The notes below the pieces were generated by a model. The model had not been told where the DNA came from. It did no database searches and worked only from the letters and a program-made list of their open reading frames with translations. This document shows, in pieces, positions 40,106 to 48,960 of a stretch of 64,000 nucleotides of DNA (position 1 is the stretch's first letter; the number at the start of each line of letters is the position of its first letter). The translations under genes were made by a program, and so were the position numbers. The stretch spans positions 1 to 64,000 of the forward strand of contig JANNXA010000055.1 of assembly GCA_031409275.1 (NCBI GenBank), in the 5' to 3' direction. Source of the DNA: Planctomycetota bacterium. GTDB taxonomy: Bacteria; Planctomycetota; B15-G4; SIAN01.

Positions 40106-41590
40106 ATGGCTGCGAATCCGCCGATCCATGAAGTTGAGATGTCGCTCGCCGACCTTGACGCCGCCCGCGCCGCCTACAACCCCCGCCTGATGCCCGAGCA
40201 CGAGGCCGCCGCCCTCAAGACCTCGATCGAACGCTTCGGACTCGTCCAACCGCTGATCTGGAACGCCCGCACCAAGCGCCTGGTCGGCGGCCACCAGCGC
40301 CTCGATGCCCTCCTCGCCATCGGTGAGACCCGTACCAAAGTGATCGTCGTCGACCTCGACGAGTGGGACGAGAAGGCGCTCAACCTCGCGCTCAACAAGG
40401 TCCACGGCGAATGGGACTGGCCAAAGCTCGACGCCCTCCTCCACGAGCTCGCCGAGCGCAATCCCGAGCTTCCTGCGATCGCCGGCTTCACCGAAGAGGA
40501 GATGCAGCAGATCACGGACGAGGGGCATCTGCTCTACCTGCGGCTGAGCGAAGCAAAGGCGGCAGCTCGCGCAGTCGAGGTGGCGAACGCCGCAGTCGTC
40601 GACCCCGCCGTCGATGACGGCGGCCCTGAGGAAGCGCCCGAGCAGCCGGTGACGCAGCTTGGCGACCTCTGGATCCTCGGCGACCACCGCCTCCTGTGCG
40701 GCGACTCGACCAAGGGGGATGACATCGCCCGCGTCCTCGCCGGCGAACAGGCCACTCTACTCGCGACCGACCCGCCTTACTGCGTCGACTACACCGGCAC
40801 CAACCGACCGAGCAGCGTCCGCGGCAAGTCGGGCGGCAAGGACTGGACGGACGTCTACCGCGAGATCGACATCCCTGACCTCGGGAGGTTCATTGACGCC
40901 TTCTTCACAGCGGTGCTGCCGCATCTGGCGGCGGACGCGCCGATCTACATCTGGCACGCGCACACCCAGCAGCCGGTGCTGCTCGCGACGTTCGCCAAGC
41001 ACAAGATCCTCTTCCATCAGGTGATCATCTGGGTGAAGCCGACCGGCGTCTTTGGCCACTGCTACTTCCAGTGGCGGCACGAGCCGGCAGCGTTTGGGTG
41101 GCGTCAGGGCCACATGCCGGCGCACGGTCAAGCGCAGCTCGACACGGTCTGGGAGTGCGACTGGGACGGCAAGGCGCGCTTCTCGACGTTTCACCCGACG
41201 TCCAAGCCGCCCAAGTTGTTCGAGATCCCGATGGCGCTGCACACCAAGCCGGGGGACATCGTGCTCGAAGGCTTCTCTGGCAGCGGTAGTCAGATCATCG
41301 CAGCGGAGCGCATGGGCCGCAGATGCCGGGCGATCGAGCTGTCGCCGGCGTTCGTCGACGGGACGATCCTGCGCTGGCAGAAGGCCACCGGAAAACTGGC
41401 GCGACTCGAGGGGGATGGACGGACGTTCGCGGAGGTCACTGGCGCGCGCGCTCTTGAGCCCGCCGCCGAGGCGGTCGCCACCACGACCACCGTGGTCGCC
41501 GCACCGGCGGTGCCGGCCGCGTCGGCGTCGGCGAGGCCGCAGCGATCGGCGCGGCGCTTCAAGGCGACCACGCGCGCGGCAGCACCGTGA
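40106..41590 (+). CDS. ParB-like N-terminal domain plus N4/N6 DNA methyltransferase
   Basis: YNPR, LVGGHQRL, HRLLCGDS, TDPPY, HPTSKP, FSGSGS. Confidence 0.92.
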   Translation: MAANPPIHEVEMSLADLDAARAAYNPRLMPEHEAAALKTSIERFGLVQPLIWNARTKRLVGGHQRLDALLAIGETRTKVIVVDLDEWDEKALNLALNKVHGEWDWPKLDALLHELAERNPELPAIAGFTEEEMQQITDEGHLLYLRLSEAKAAARAVEVANAAVVDPAVDDGGPEEAPEQPVTQLGDLWILGDHRLLCGDSTKGDDIARVLAGEQATLLATDPPYCVDYTGTNRPSSVRGKSGGKDWTDVYREIDIPDLGRFIDAFFTAVLPHLAADAPIYIWHAHTQQPVLLATFAKHKILFHQVIIWVKPTGVFGHCYFQWRHEPAAFGWRQGHMPAHGQAQLDTVWECDWDGKARFSTFHPTSKPPKLFEIPMALHTKPGDIVLEGFSGSGSQIIAAERMGRRCRAIELSPAFVDGTILRWQKATGKLARLEGDGRTFAEVTGARALEPAAEAVATTTTVVAAPAVPAASASARPQRSARRFKATTRAAAP

Positions 41591-41616
41591 GTGCGCACTA
41601 ACCACGGGAGCGCGCG

Positions 41617-42513
41617 GTGACCGAAGCACCGACGACCGCTACCACCAGCGAGTCCGCGCTCTCAGTGTCGGCGTACGCACAGCACCGCGGCGTCAGCCAC
41701 ACCGCCGTCCAGCGCGCGATCGCCGATGGCCGTTTGTCGCGCTCACTGGTACTTGCACCTGGGCGCCCGCCGCAGCTGTTGCCGAGCCTCGCCGACCTCG
41801 AATGGGAGGCCCACACAAGCCCAGCACACGCGCGCGCGACTGAATCCCCGACCCAGGTCACCGCCGCGTCGGCGCCGCGGATTTTCCCACCGCCGAGCGC
41901 TGAGCGGCGGAGCCCCACCGCCGACGACTATCGCCGGTCGCTGGTGCTCGAAAAGGTGGTGAAGACCAAGCTCGCCCAAGTCCGCCTCGACGAGCAACAG
42001 GGGCGTCTGATCGACGCGGCGGAAGCGGGGCACGCGCAGTTCGAGATCGCGCGCCTCGTTAGAAATCAGCTGCACGAACTGCCCGACCGGCTCGCCGACG
42101 AACTCGCACTCGAAAGCGACGCCCATCGCGTCCGCTCGATCCTGGCGCGCGAACTCGACGACGTGCTCCGCAAGCTCGCGCGCCGCCTCGACCCGAGCGT
42201 GGTGGTCCCACCAGCCGCGACCGCCCCGCTATCGCCAACGGTCCCGCGGATCGCGGCGCCGCTGCCCTCGCCGCCGCCCTCGCCGGCACCTACACCGACG
42301 ACACCACCCCCCTCTGCGATCGCGCGACCGACGCCTCCAACGTTGAAGACGCCGCCCGCTGCACCACCCGCCGAGTCGCAGGCTCTAACCGTGTCGCCGC
42401 GCGCTGCGCCCCCCACTCGGCACTTCCGCCCGCGCCTCTCGCAGCCGTCGCCACCCGCGCCGACACCACGCCCAACACCCTCAGAGGAGCGCCTCAATGC
42501 CCACCGCGCATGA
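41617..42513 (+). CDS. Terminase small subunit (Nu1-like) with proline-rich tail
   Basis: HTH SVSAYAQHRGVSHTAVQRAI, GRLIDA...VRNQL..LP; directly upstream of and overlapping GpA. Confidence 0.75.
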   Translation: MTEAPTTATTSESALSVSAYAQHRGVSHTAVQRAIADGRLSRSLVLAPGRPPQLLPSLADLEWEAHTSPAHARATESPTQVTAASAPRIFPPPSAERRSPTADDYRRSLVLEKVVKTKLAQVRLDEQQGRLIDAAEAGHAQFEIARLVRNQLHELPDRLADELALESDAHRVRSILARELDDVLRKLARRLDPSVVVPPAATAPLSPTVPRIAAPLPSPPPSPAPTPTTPPPSAIARPTPPTLKTPPAAPPAESQALTVSPRAAPPTRHFRPRLSQPSPPAPTPRPTPSEERLNAHRA

Positions 42514-44443
42514 CCTCTTCCGCCGGCAGTGGGCGCTCGGGCTCATGCCCGATGAGAAAGTCTCGCTTTGCGATTGGATCGAAGAGCACATCGTCCTCTC
42601 CGACGGCGAGACCAACTCGCCAGGCCCCTACCGCTTTCGGCGCACCCCTTATCTGCGCGCCGTGTTCGAGGCGCTCTCGCCCGACTCACCGGTGCAACGC
42701 GTCGTCGCAATGAAGGGGGGACAGCTCGGCTGGACCATCGGTGCCGCGGCGTTCGTCGGCTTTCTCATCGCGCAGGCGCCGCGCACGATCCTGTTCGTCT
42801 CGCCCACCGTCGATCTGGCGAAGCGCGCCTCAAGGCGCAAGGTCGGCCCGGTCCTAGAAAAGACCGAGATCGTCCGCGCACGGCTGCGCGACCTTGGACC
42901 GCGCCAGACCGGCAACACCACCCTCTTGAAGGAGTTTCCGGGCGGCGCGCTGCTCTTTGCTGGTGCCAACTCCGGTGCTGGTCTGCGCCAGACCTCCGCC
43001 GCCGTCGCGATCCTCGATGAGGTTGACATCTACCCAGCGTCGCTGCCAGGCGAGGGCGATCCGGTGCTCCTCGCCGAGCGCGCTACGAAGACCTTTCCCC
43101 GTAGAAAGCACCTCTACATCTCGACGCCGACGCTTGCCGGGCGCTCGCGCGTCGAGGAGCTTTACGCGCAGTCGGATCAGAGCCGCTACTTCGTCCCCTG
43201 CCCGACGTGCGGCCACTTTCAGGTCCTGGTCTTTCGCGACCGCGTGACCGGCAGGAAGGGGCTCTTGTGGGAAGGCACGCCTCCCAACCTGCGCGTCTGG
43301 TACGCGTGCGCTGCTTGCGCAGGCGCAATCGATGAGGGCAAGAAGGCCTGGATGCTCGAGCGCGGCGAGTGGAGAGCGCAGGTCCCGGCACTCTCGCATC
43401 ACTTCAGGGGCTTTCAGATCTCCTCGCTCTACGCTGCACCGGGCACGTTTTCTTGGCGCGACGTGGTCGAGCAGTTTCTGGCGGCCAAGGACGACGTCGA
43501 AAAGCTGCGCGTCTTCGTCAACCAAGTCTTGGGCGAAGTTTGGGAGGAGCGCGGCGACGCGCCGCCGTGGGAAGAGCTCTACCGGCGGCGCGAGAAGTAC
43601 CCGCGCGGCAGGGTCCCCGTGGGCGGCCTCGTGCTCACCGCAGGCGCCGACGTGCAACGCGATCGCATCGAGGTCGCCGTGGTCGCGTGGGGTAAGGGGC
43701 TTGAGAGCTGGTCGATTGACTACATCGTGATCCCCGGGGACTCCGCGACGGAGGCTCCTTGGAAGGAGCTCGACCGACTGCTCGCGCGGCCGTGGCCGCA
43801 TTCAAACGGCGTGTCGCTGCGCATCCGGGGGCTCGCGGTCGACTCCGGCTTCGAGACCCAGGGGGTCTACAACTGGACGCGTCGGAAGCCCGCCGACAGC
43901 GTCTTCGCCATCAAGGGCTCGGACGCGCTGTCGGCGCTGGTCGGACAGCCTTCGTACGTCGACTTCACCTGGAGGGGGCGTAAGGCCCCGCGCGCGATTC
44001 GGCTCTGGCACGTCGGCAGCAGCGTCGCCAAGCGCGAGCTCTACGGCTGGTTGCGACTGCAACCCCCTCTTCACCCCGAGCGTGGCGAGCCTTACCCACG
44101 CGGCTTCCTTCACTTCCCCGAGTACGACGAGGAGTACTTCCGCCAGCTGACCGCCGAACAACTCGTCGCCCGCGAGCGCCGCGGTGACCACAGGATCACC
44201 TACGTCTGGTCGAAGAAGCACGCGCGCAACGAAGCTCTCGATGCGACGATCTACAGCCGCGCCGCGGCCGCGATCATTGGCCTCGACCGCTACAGCGACG
44301 CCGACTGGCAGCGCGTCGCCGATGAATTGAAGCCGAAGCCACCCGCGCCAGTGACCCCGCCGGTGCGAAGGGTCCCGCCGCCGTCGCGTTATTCGAAAGG
44401 AGGGGAGTCGATGCGCGACTGGTGGGCGGGCCGGCGACGCTGA
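42497..44443 (+). CDS. Phage terminase large subunit, lambda GpA family
   Basis: RTPYL, KGGQLGWT, LDEVD, EGDP, ISTPT, CPTC, GADVQRDR, VDSG, RNEALD. Confidence 0.93.
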   Translation: MPTAHDLFRRQWALGLMPDEKVSLCDWIEEHIVLSDGETNSPGPYRFRRTPYLRAVFEALSPDSPVQRVVAMKGGQLGWTIGAAAFVGFLIAQAPRTILFVSPTVDLAKRASRRKVGPVLEKTEIVRARLRDLGPRQTGNTTLLKEFPGGALLFAGANSGAGLRQTSAAVAILDEVDIYPASLPGEGDPVLLAERATKTFPRRKHLYISTPTLAGRSRVEELYAQSDQSRYFVPCPTCGHFQVLVFRDRVTGRKGLLWEGTPPNLRVWYACAACAGAIDEGKKAWMLERGEWRAQVPALSHHFRGFQISSLYAAPGTFSWRDVVEQFLAAKDDVEKLRVFVNQVLGEVWEERGDAPPWEELYRRREKYPRGRVPVGGLVLTAGADVQRDRIEVAVVAWGKGLESWSIDYIVIPGDSATEAPWKELDRLLARPWPHSNGVSLRIRGLAVDSGFETQGVYNWTRRKPADSVFAIKGSDALSALVGQPSYVDFTWRGRKAPRAIRLWHVGSSVAKRELYGWLRLQPPLHPERGEPYPRGFLHFPEYDEEYFRQLTAEQLVARERRGDHRITYVWSKKHARNEALDATIYSRAAAAIIGLDRYSDADWQRVADELKPKPPAPVTPPVRRVPPPSRYSKGGESMRDWWAGRRR

Positions 44444-44552
44444 CGGGGCGATGGTCGGAAGCTGGCGACGACTTCGGCAGGCGAACAAAGCCCCGCTCGT
44501 CATCGACTGGAGAGCGCCGCGCGCCGGTCGGGCGAAAGGGGGGGTGGCGGTG

Positions 44553-44740
44553 GCACGTTGCAGCTGCACGTTGCAGCTGCACACGATTCGCAGGCACCAT
44601 TTCGAACCATCCCCCCGGGGAAGGGGCGGACTAGGCGCCATATCTGCACGTTGCAGTTGCAACGCCGAATTTCGGTACCGGACCCAAGCGAACCAGCGCC
44701 GCGGACGCCACCCCCGGGCAAAGGGGGCGGCGGAGGACCC
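44553..44740 (-). other. Putative cos site (cosQ GGGTCCT, cosN-like GGGTGGCGTCCG, three CTGCAACGTGC repeats)
   Basis: On the minus strand GGGTCCT (44740-44734) lies 20 nt before GGGTGGCGTCCG (44713-44702); plus-strand GCACGTTGCAG at 44553, 44566 and 44646. Confidence 0.6.
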
Positions 44741-44888
44741 ATGCCCGGGGGGTAGGGGCGGGCTCCCAGGGGGCATTGGGAGCATGTCGCCGGCGGCGCT
44801 GACGCGCTGGACTAGACTCGGGCGACGAGCCGTGGCCGGGCGGCGACGACCGGCGGCGCGCGTCGAATTCATTCAGTCACACTGCCCA

Positions 44889-46046
44889 ATGACCACGGCT
44901 CAACCACACGGCCCGCCTTGTGACCCGACACCAGCGCTGCCTGCCAGAGCGCACGTCATCGAACTCACCCCCGAGCAGCGAGCGCTGCAGCGACTGCGCC
45001 GCTTACTCGCTCTGCACGAACGCATGCTCGACCGCGTACGCGGCATCGAGATCTTCGAACGAGCCGCCATCGTATTCCACGGGGGCGAGGGCACGGCGGA
45101 AGACTTCCGACTCCTCCAGGTTCACTCGCAACCGCATTCGAGGATGCTCGTTCGACACGCGACCAAGTTCGTGCGTGCGATCTCACGAACCCGGCTTTGG
45201 ATCGCACCGATCCTGCCTCGGCTCGCGTTGCTTCGTCCGAACCCGCGAATTTCGAGCGACTTTCCGGGAGCATCCGCTGCATCCGCCGCATGGACTGCGG
45301 TGGAGATCCTCGCACGTGAGTTGAACGGAGCCCGTCGATGCGAGCAGCACGCCGAGGCAGGGGTGTTCCGTGCGGGAGATCATCTCACCACCCAGCAGTC
45401 GGTCCCGGAGCGTTGGGAGTACGAGGTCCGACGGAATGGCGCCGTTTCGAATGCGAACAGCTCTCAACCAGGCGACGCTGAGACCGCAAGCGAAGAAGCC
45501 GAGCGACGGCATGCCGAGATCGTGCGAGAAGTAGCTGCCGCCCCGATCTGCTGGCCCGACCTCGCTCAGCTCCTCGCGCTTCTCGGGAAGCAGTGTCCAG
45601 CAGGGGCATTCTGGCGACTGAACGACGAGCTTGCCTACGAAGCCCTGCATTCACCGCTCGTCGACACGAACACCGTCCGGACCGCCGCCAAGTCAGCCGC
45701 TCCGGCCGCAGGCTCATCAGCACCCGCACCCAGCGCAGCCAAACCGGTCGCGCCACGCCGGCTCATTCGGGGTTGGGCGGCGATCCTGAAGGAGCTGGGG
45801 CTGCCTGCGAGCAGGAACAACCGACGACTTGTTCGAGACTACGCGGTGCGCAACGGCAGCCCGATCAAGCTAGCGAAGCGAACAGTGACCGTCTTTGCCG
45901 ACCTACTAGTTCCGTGGTGGAACAGCGTACTCAACGCAACGGAAGGCGACGGTTCGCCGCTGATCGCGCCGGCCGCCGAGTTGAACAACGAACACCAACT
46001 TCGCGCCGCCGGGATGCACTCGTTGCGACGGCCGGCATCAGGCTGA
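44889..46046 (+). CDS. Hypothetical protein, possible C-terminal HTH
   Basis: Long ORF; LIRGWAAILKELG resembles a DNA-binding helix. Confidence 0.55.
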   Translation: MTTAQPHGPPCDPTPALPARAHVIELTPEQRALQRLRRLLALHERMLDRVRGIEIFERAAIVFHGGEGTAEDFRLLQVHSQPHSRMLVRHATKFVRAISRTRLWIAPILPRLALLRPNPRISSDFPGASAASAAWTAVEILARELNGARRCEQHAEAGVFRAGDHLTTQQSVPERWEYEVRRNGAVSNANSSQPGDAETASEEAERRHAEIVREVAAAPICWPDLAQLLALLGKQCPAGAFWRLNDELAYEALHSPLVDTNTVRTAAKSAAPAAGSSAPAPSAAKPVAPRRLIRGWAAILKELGLPASRNNRRLVRDYAVRNGSPIKLAKRTVTVFADLLVPWWNSVLNATEGDGSPLIAPAAELNNEHQLRAAGMHSLRRPASG

Positions 46047-46145
46047 CCGCCCAAGCTGCACAGGTCCCCCGAGCGGAACGGGCGGATGGCTCGCGGGGCC
46101 TCATGATGTCATTGACGTCACGGACACCGAATCGCGGCCGCGCGA

Positions 46146-46195
46146 TGACCAATCTTGACCAATCTTGACCACTGTCGACCAACCTTGACCGTACG
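46146..46195 (+). promoter_or_regulatory. Five phased 10-bp repeats (TGACCAATCT consensus)
   Basis: GACC at 46147, 46157, 46167, 46177 and 46187, upstream of the Xis-like gene. Confidence 0.65.
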
Positions 46196-46270
46196 GCCGG
46201 CGCAAGGCACCCCCTCCCATGAGGCCACGCATTTCGCGTCGGCCGACGGCGCAAGCCACGGGAGGGTCCG

Positions 46271-46606
46271 ATGCGTGTTCCGTGTTCCACCGGTGAAGCC
46301 GCTCGATTCCTTGGGACGACTGAGCCGCGACTGGCTGAGACGGTTCGTCGCGGTCGGGTGAAACCGCCTCCGGCGATCGTTGCCGGGCGTCGACTCTGGC
46401 TCCCCGCGCAACTCGCCCAAGCGGCGAGCCTGCTCGGCCTGCTGACCAATCAGCTGGCGGAGCGCCTCGGCGGTCTCGAGGAAGCCAGACACTTTGACGG
46501 TGACGCCAGAACCACCCTCGAGCGACCGATTGCGGACACGGCGCTGCGGCAGGACGAGGCGGTCAGCTTGCGCGCCACCAGATCAGGGACACGGACCGCG
46601 ACCTAG
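46271..46606 (+). CDS. Xis/MerR-like HTH protein
   Basis: STGEAARFLG...VRRGRVKPP...GRRLW; GGGAGG RBS. Confidence 0.7.
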   Translation: MRVPCSTGEAARFLGTTEPRLAETVRRGRVKPPPAIVAGRRLWLPAQLAQAASLLGLLTNQLAERLGGLEEARHFDGDARTTLERPIADTALRQDEAVSLRATRSGTRTAT

Positions 46607-46678
46607 CTCAGACAATCGACCGCTCCCGCACGGGCACCTTGACCGGGCACGCCCGAGCGGGAGCAGGGGAGAACTTGC

Positions 46679-47734
46679 GTGGACCATCCTAACGGCAACG
46701 CCAGGAAGAAGACCGCCGAATTCGAGCCAGTCGAGTTCGAACGCGGCAAGTGGAAGTCATTCGAGACGTACGCGACGGACTTCCTTACGAACACGGCCGC
46801 GCTCCCACTCGCAGCGGTGGGCGTCTACAGCCGGATGCGCGCATCGATCTGGGCCTACGGCAACGGCTGGTCGTTGACCGCGACGCTGCTCGCATGGCTC
46901 ACGCACAGCGGAGCTCGTGATTCCACCGAACTTGACGCCGCGATCGAGGTGCTCGAGCAACGCGGCATTGCCATCTTTGAGCGCGATGGCCTGAACTTGA
47001 CCGTGATCGAACCCTACATGCACGCCGACCTGCGGCGGAAGGAGAAGCGGCGCACGCAGAAGGTTCGGTCTCGGAAGACATCGCGTGAGACAGGGCATGC
47101 CACGTCTGTCGGGACATCGCACGCGACATCGCATGCGACATCGCATGAGACGTCGCATGAGACGTCGCGCGAGACATCGGTACTTCCTCCTTCCTCTGTC
47201 CCCCTTCCTCCGACCTCCACCTCCCCTGCCACTGCGACCAAGGCAAAGACCGCATCTCCGATTGGAGATGCTCGTCCCGCTGGCGCGGGACCAGCCGGGA
47301 CCGACTCGGGGCACCTTCCGCCAAATGCTCGACCAGGGCGTTCACCGCTGCGCATCGACTCTGCCGAGGTCGAGGCGGTCATCGCGCACTACGTCAGCTA
47401 CCACCCCAAGGCATTCCCAGGAGACAGGGAACGACGCCTCATCTGCGCGCGCCGGAAGGAGGGGTACTCGCCGGCCGACCTCTGCGAGGCCATCGACGGT
47501 TGCCACCGCTCGCCGTTCCACTGCGGCGTGAACGAGCGTGGCACGAAGTACCAATCGCTCGAGCTCATCGTCCGCGACTCAACGCGCGTCGCGCAGTTCA
47601 TCGAGATTGCCCGCGCCCCGCCCGCCACTGGTCCGATCACGCATCGCCAGTCGGCCGAGGACGCTGCCGAGGCGCGACTCCTCGCCCGCGCCGGCCTCCC
47701 ACCGAAGGAGCGTGCTAACCATGAACGCACTTGA
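46679..47734 (+). CDS. Phage-type replication initiator-like protein
   Basis: YdaU/DUF1376-like N-terminus, repetitive linker, C-terminal DLCEAIDG...KYQSLELIVR. Confidence 0.65.
   Translation: MDHPNGNARKKTAEFEPVEFERGKWKSFETYATDFLTNTAALPLAAVGVYSRMRASIWAYGNGWSLTATLLAWLTHSGARDSTELDAAIEVLEQRGIAIFERDGLNLTVIEPYMHADLRRKEKRRTQKVRSRKTSRETGHATSVGTSHATSHATSHETSHETSRETSVLPPSSVPLPPTSTSPATATKAKTASPIGDARPAGAGPAGTDSGHLPPNARPGRSPLRIDSAEVEAVIAHYVSYHPKAFPGDRERRLICARRKEGYSPADLCEAIDGCHRSPFHCGVNERGTKYQSLELIVRDSTRVAQFIEIARAPPATGPITHRQSAEDAAEARLLARAGLPPKERANHERT
47075..47182 (+). repeat. Nine tandem 12-bp repeats (consensus GAGACATCGCAT), candidate iterons
   Basis: Directly visible inside the rep-like gene, followed by a pyrimidine tract. 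Confidence 0.75.
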
Positions 47735-48287
47735 ACTCCCCGTCCTCTTCCATGAGCTGAGGAAGCTCTGCACGATCCATGGTCGGGTTTTCGACGAGAT
47801 GCTTGGCGAGACCTACGCCGAGACGTTGGCGGACGTGCCGATCAAGACCATCGTCGCGAACGCGCACGCGGCCATGCTCGCCGCACGCTTCCCCCGGCCG
47901 GTCGATCTCATGGCCGAAGCGAACGTGGAATCCCCCGAAGTCGCTGCGGTAAGGGCGTGGACCCTAACGCGACCGCACTTTGCGCGTCACACCCTGCCCG
48001 CTGATCCCATCGCGCGTGAAGTGGTGCGACTCCTGGGAGGCTCCGCAGCGATCGGCGGCAAGGACTCCGACGAGGTTGAGCGTTGGGTTCGCAGGGAGTT
48101 CCTTCGGCTCTACATCGAGTGCACCACGGACGCCAAGCGGCAGGAGATCGTCCGAGCCGCGCTCGATCGACCCGCCACTCGCGGCGTAGGAAGCGGCGAT
48201 GTGAACAGCAAGGACGGCCACACCATTCGGTCCGCGCTGCCGGAGAGCGCGTTAGAGCCGCGGAAGAAGGGGGCGGCGACGCCATGA
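47721..48287 (+). CDS. Hypothetical phage protein (DUF6475-like, downstream of rep)
   Basis: RFPRPVDL, DPIAREVVRLLGG, WVRREFLRLY; AAGGAG RBS. Confidence 0.6.
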   Translation: MNALELPVLFHELRKLCTIHGRVFDEMLGETYAETLADVPIKTIVANAHAAMLAARFPRPVDLMAEANVESPEVAAVRAWTLTRPHFARHTLPADPIAREVVRLLGGSAAIGGKDSDEVERWVRREFLRLYIECTTDAKRQEIVRAALDRPATRGVGSGDVNSKDGHTIRSALPESALEPRKKGAATP

Positions 48288-48496
48288 CCCCTCGCCTCGA
48301 CCCGACAGCCATGGCACCCACCGAACGCAAGGCTGAACTCGCGGCCCTTCTCGCCGCGGCTTACCTGCGCCTGCTCGCCTCCCGAAATGACCTTGAGTCG
48401 AGCCCCCAAGGCGAGCCCTCATGCGCACGGGTTGACCGACGCGAGAGGCACGGGGCTTCCGGCGTCGCAGCGACCCAGAAGGAGGACCACCGATGA
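48284..48496 (+). CDS. Small hypothetical protein typical upstream of DUF2924
   Basis: ERKAELAALLAAAYLRL; ATGA overlaps on both sides. Confidence 0.55.
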   Translation: MTPRLDPTAMAPTERKAELAALLAAAYLRLLASRNDLESSPQGEPSCARVDRRERHGASGVAATQKEDHR

Positions 48497-48960
48497 CACC
48501 CCTTGATGCCGAGCTCGCCGCGCTGCGCGCGCTTGCACCGGCCGCGCTCGCCGCCCGCTTCCGCACCGAGTTCGACCGCGAACCACGCTCGAAGCAGCCT
48601 GCATGGCTGCTGCGCCGCCTCGCCTTCAAAGCCCAGGAGCGCCGCCTGGGGGGTCTCTCCGAGGTCGCGCGGCGCCGCCTCGAAGCGCTGATCGCCGAGA
48701 TCGAGCTGCCCTTCAACCAGTGCGACCATGTGATGTCGCAGCGCCTTACACGAGCGCGGCGCCGCGGCGACCCGCTACCCGGCAGCACGCTCACCCGCGT
48801 CTGGCGCGACCGAGCGCTCGTCGTCCGTGTGCTCGACTCGGGGTTCGACTTCGACGGCACGGTCTACAAGAGCTTGAGCGCCATCGCGAAAGTCGTGACC
48901 GGCACCCACTGGAACGGCCGCCTTTTCTTCGGGCTCGCGGGACGCGGAGCGCAGCCATGA
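48493..48960 (+). CDS. DUF2924 domain protein
   Basis: RRLAFKAQE..GGLS, PGSTLTRVW, YKSLSAIAKVVTGTHWNGRLFFGL. Confidence 0.9.
   Translation: MTPLDAELAALRALAPAALAARFRTEFDREPRSKQPAWLLRRLAFKAQERRLGGLSEVARRRLEALIAEIELPFNQCDHVMSQRLTRARRRGDPLPGSTLTRVWRDRALVVRVLDSGFDFDGTVYKSLSAIAKVVTGTHWNGRLFFGLAGRGAQP

Noticed and set aside
46146..47182. CRISPR array from the 10-bp and 12-bp tandem repeats
   Set aside because: No spacers, units too short, no cas genes.
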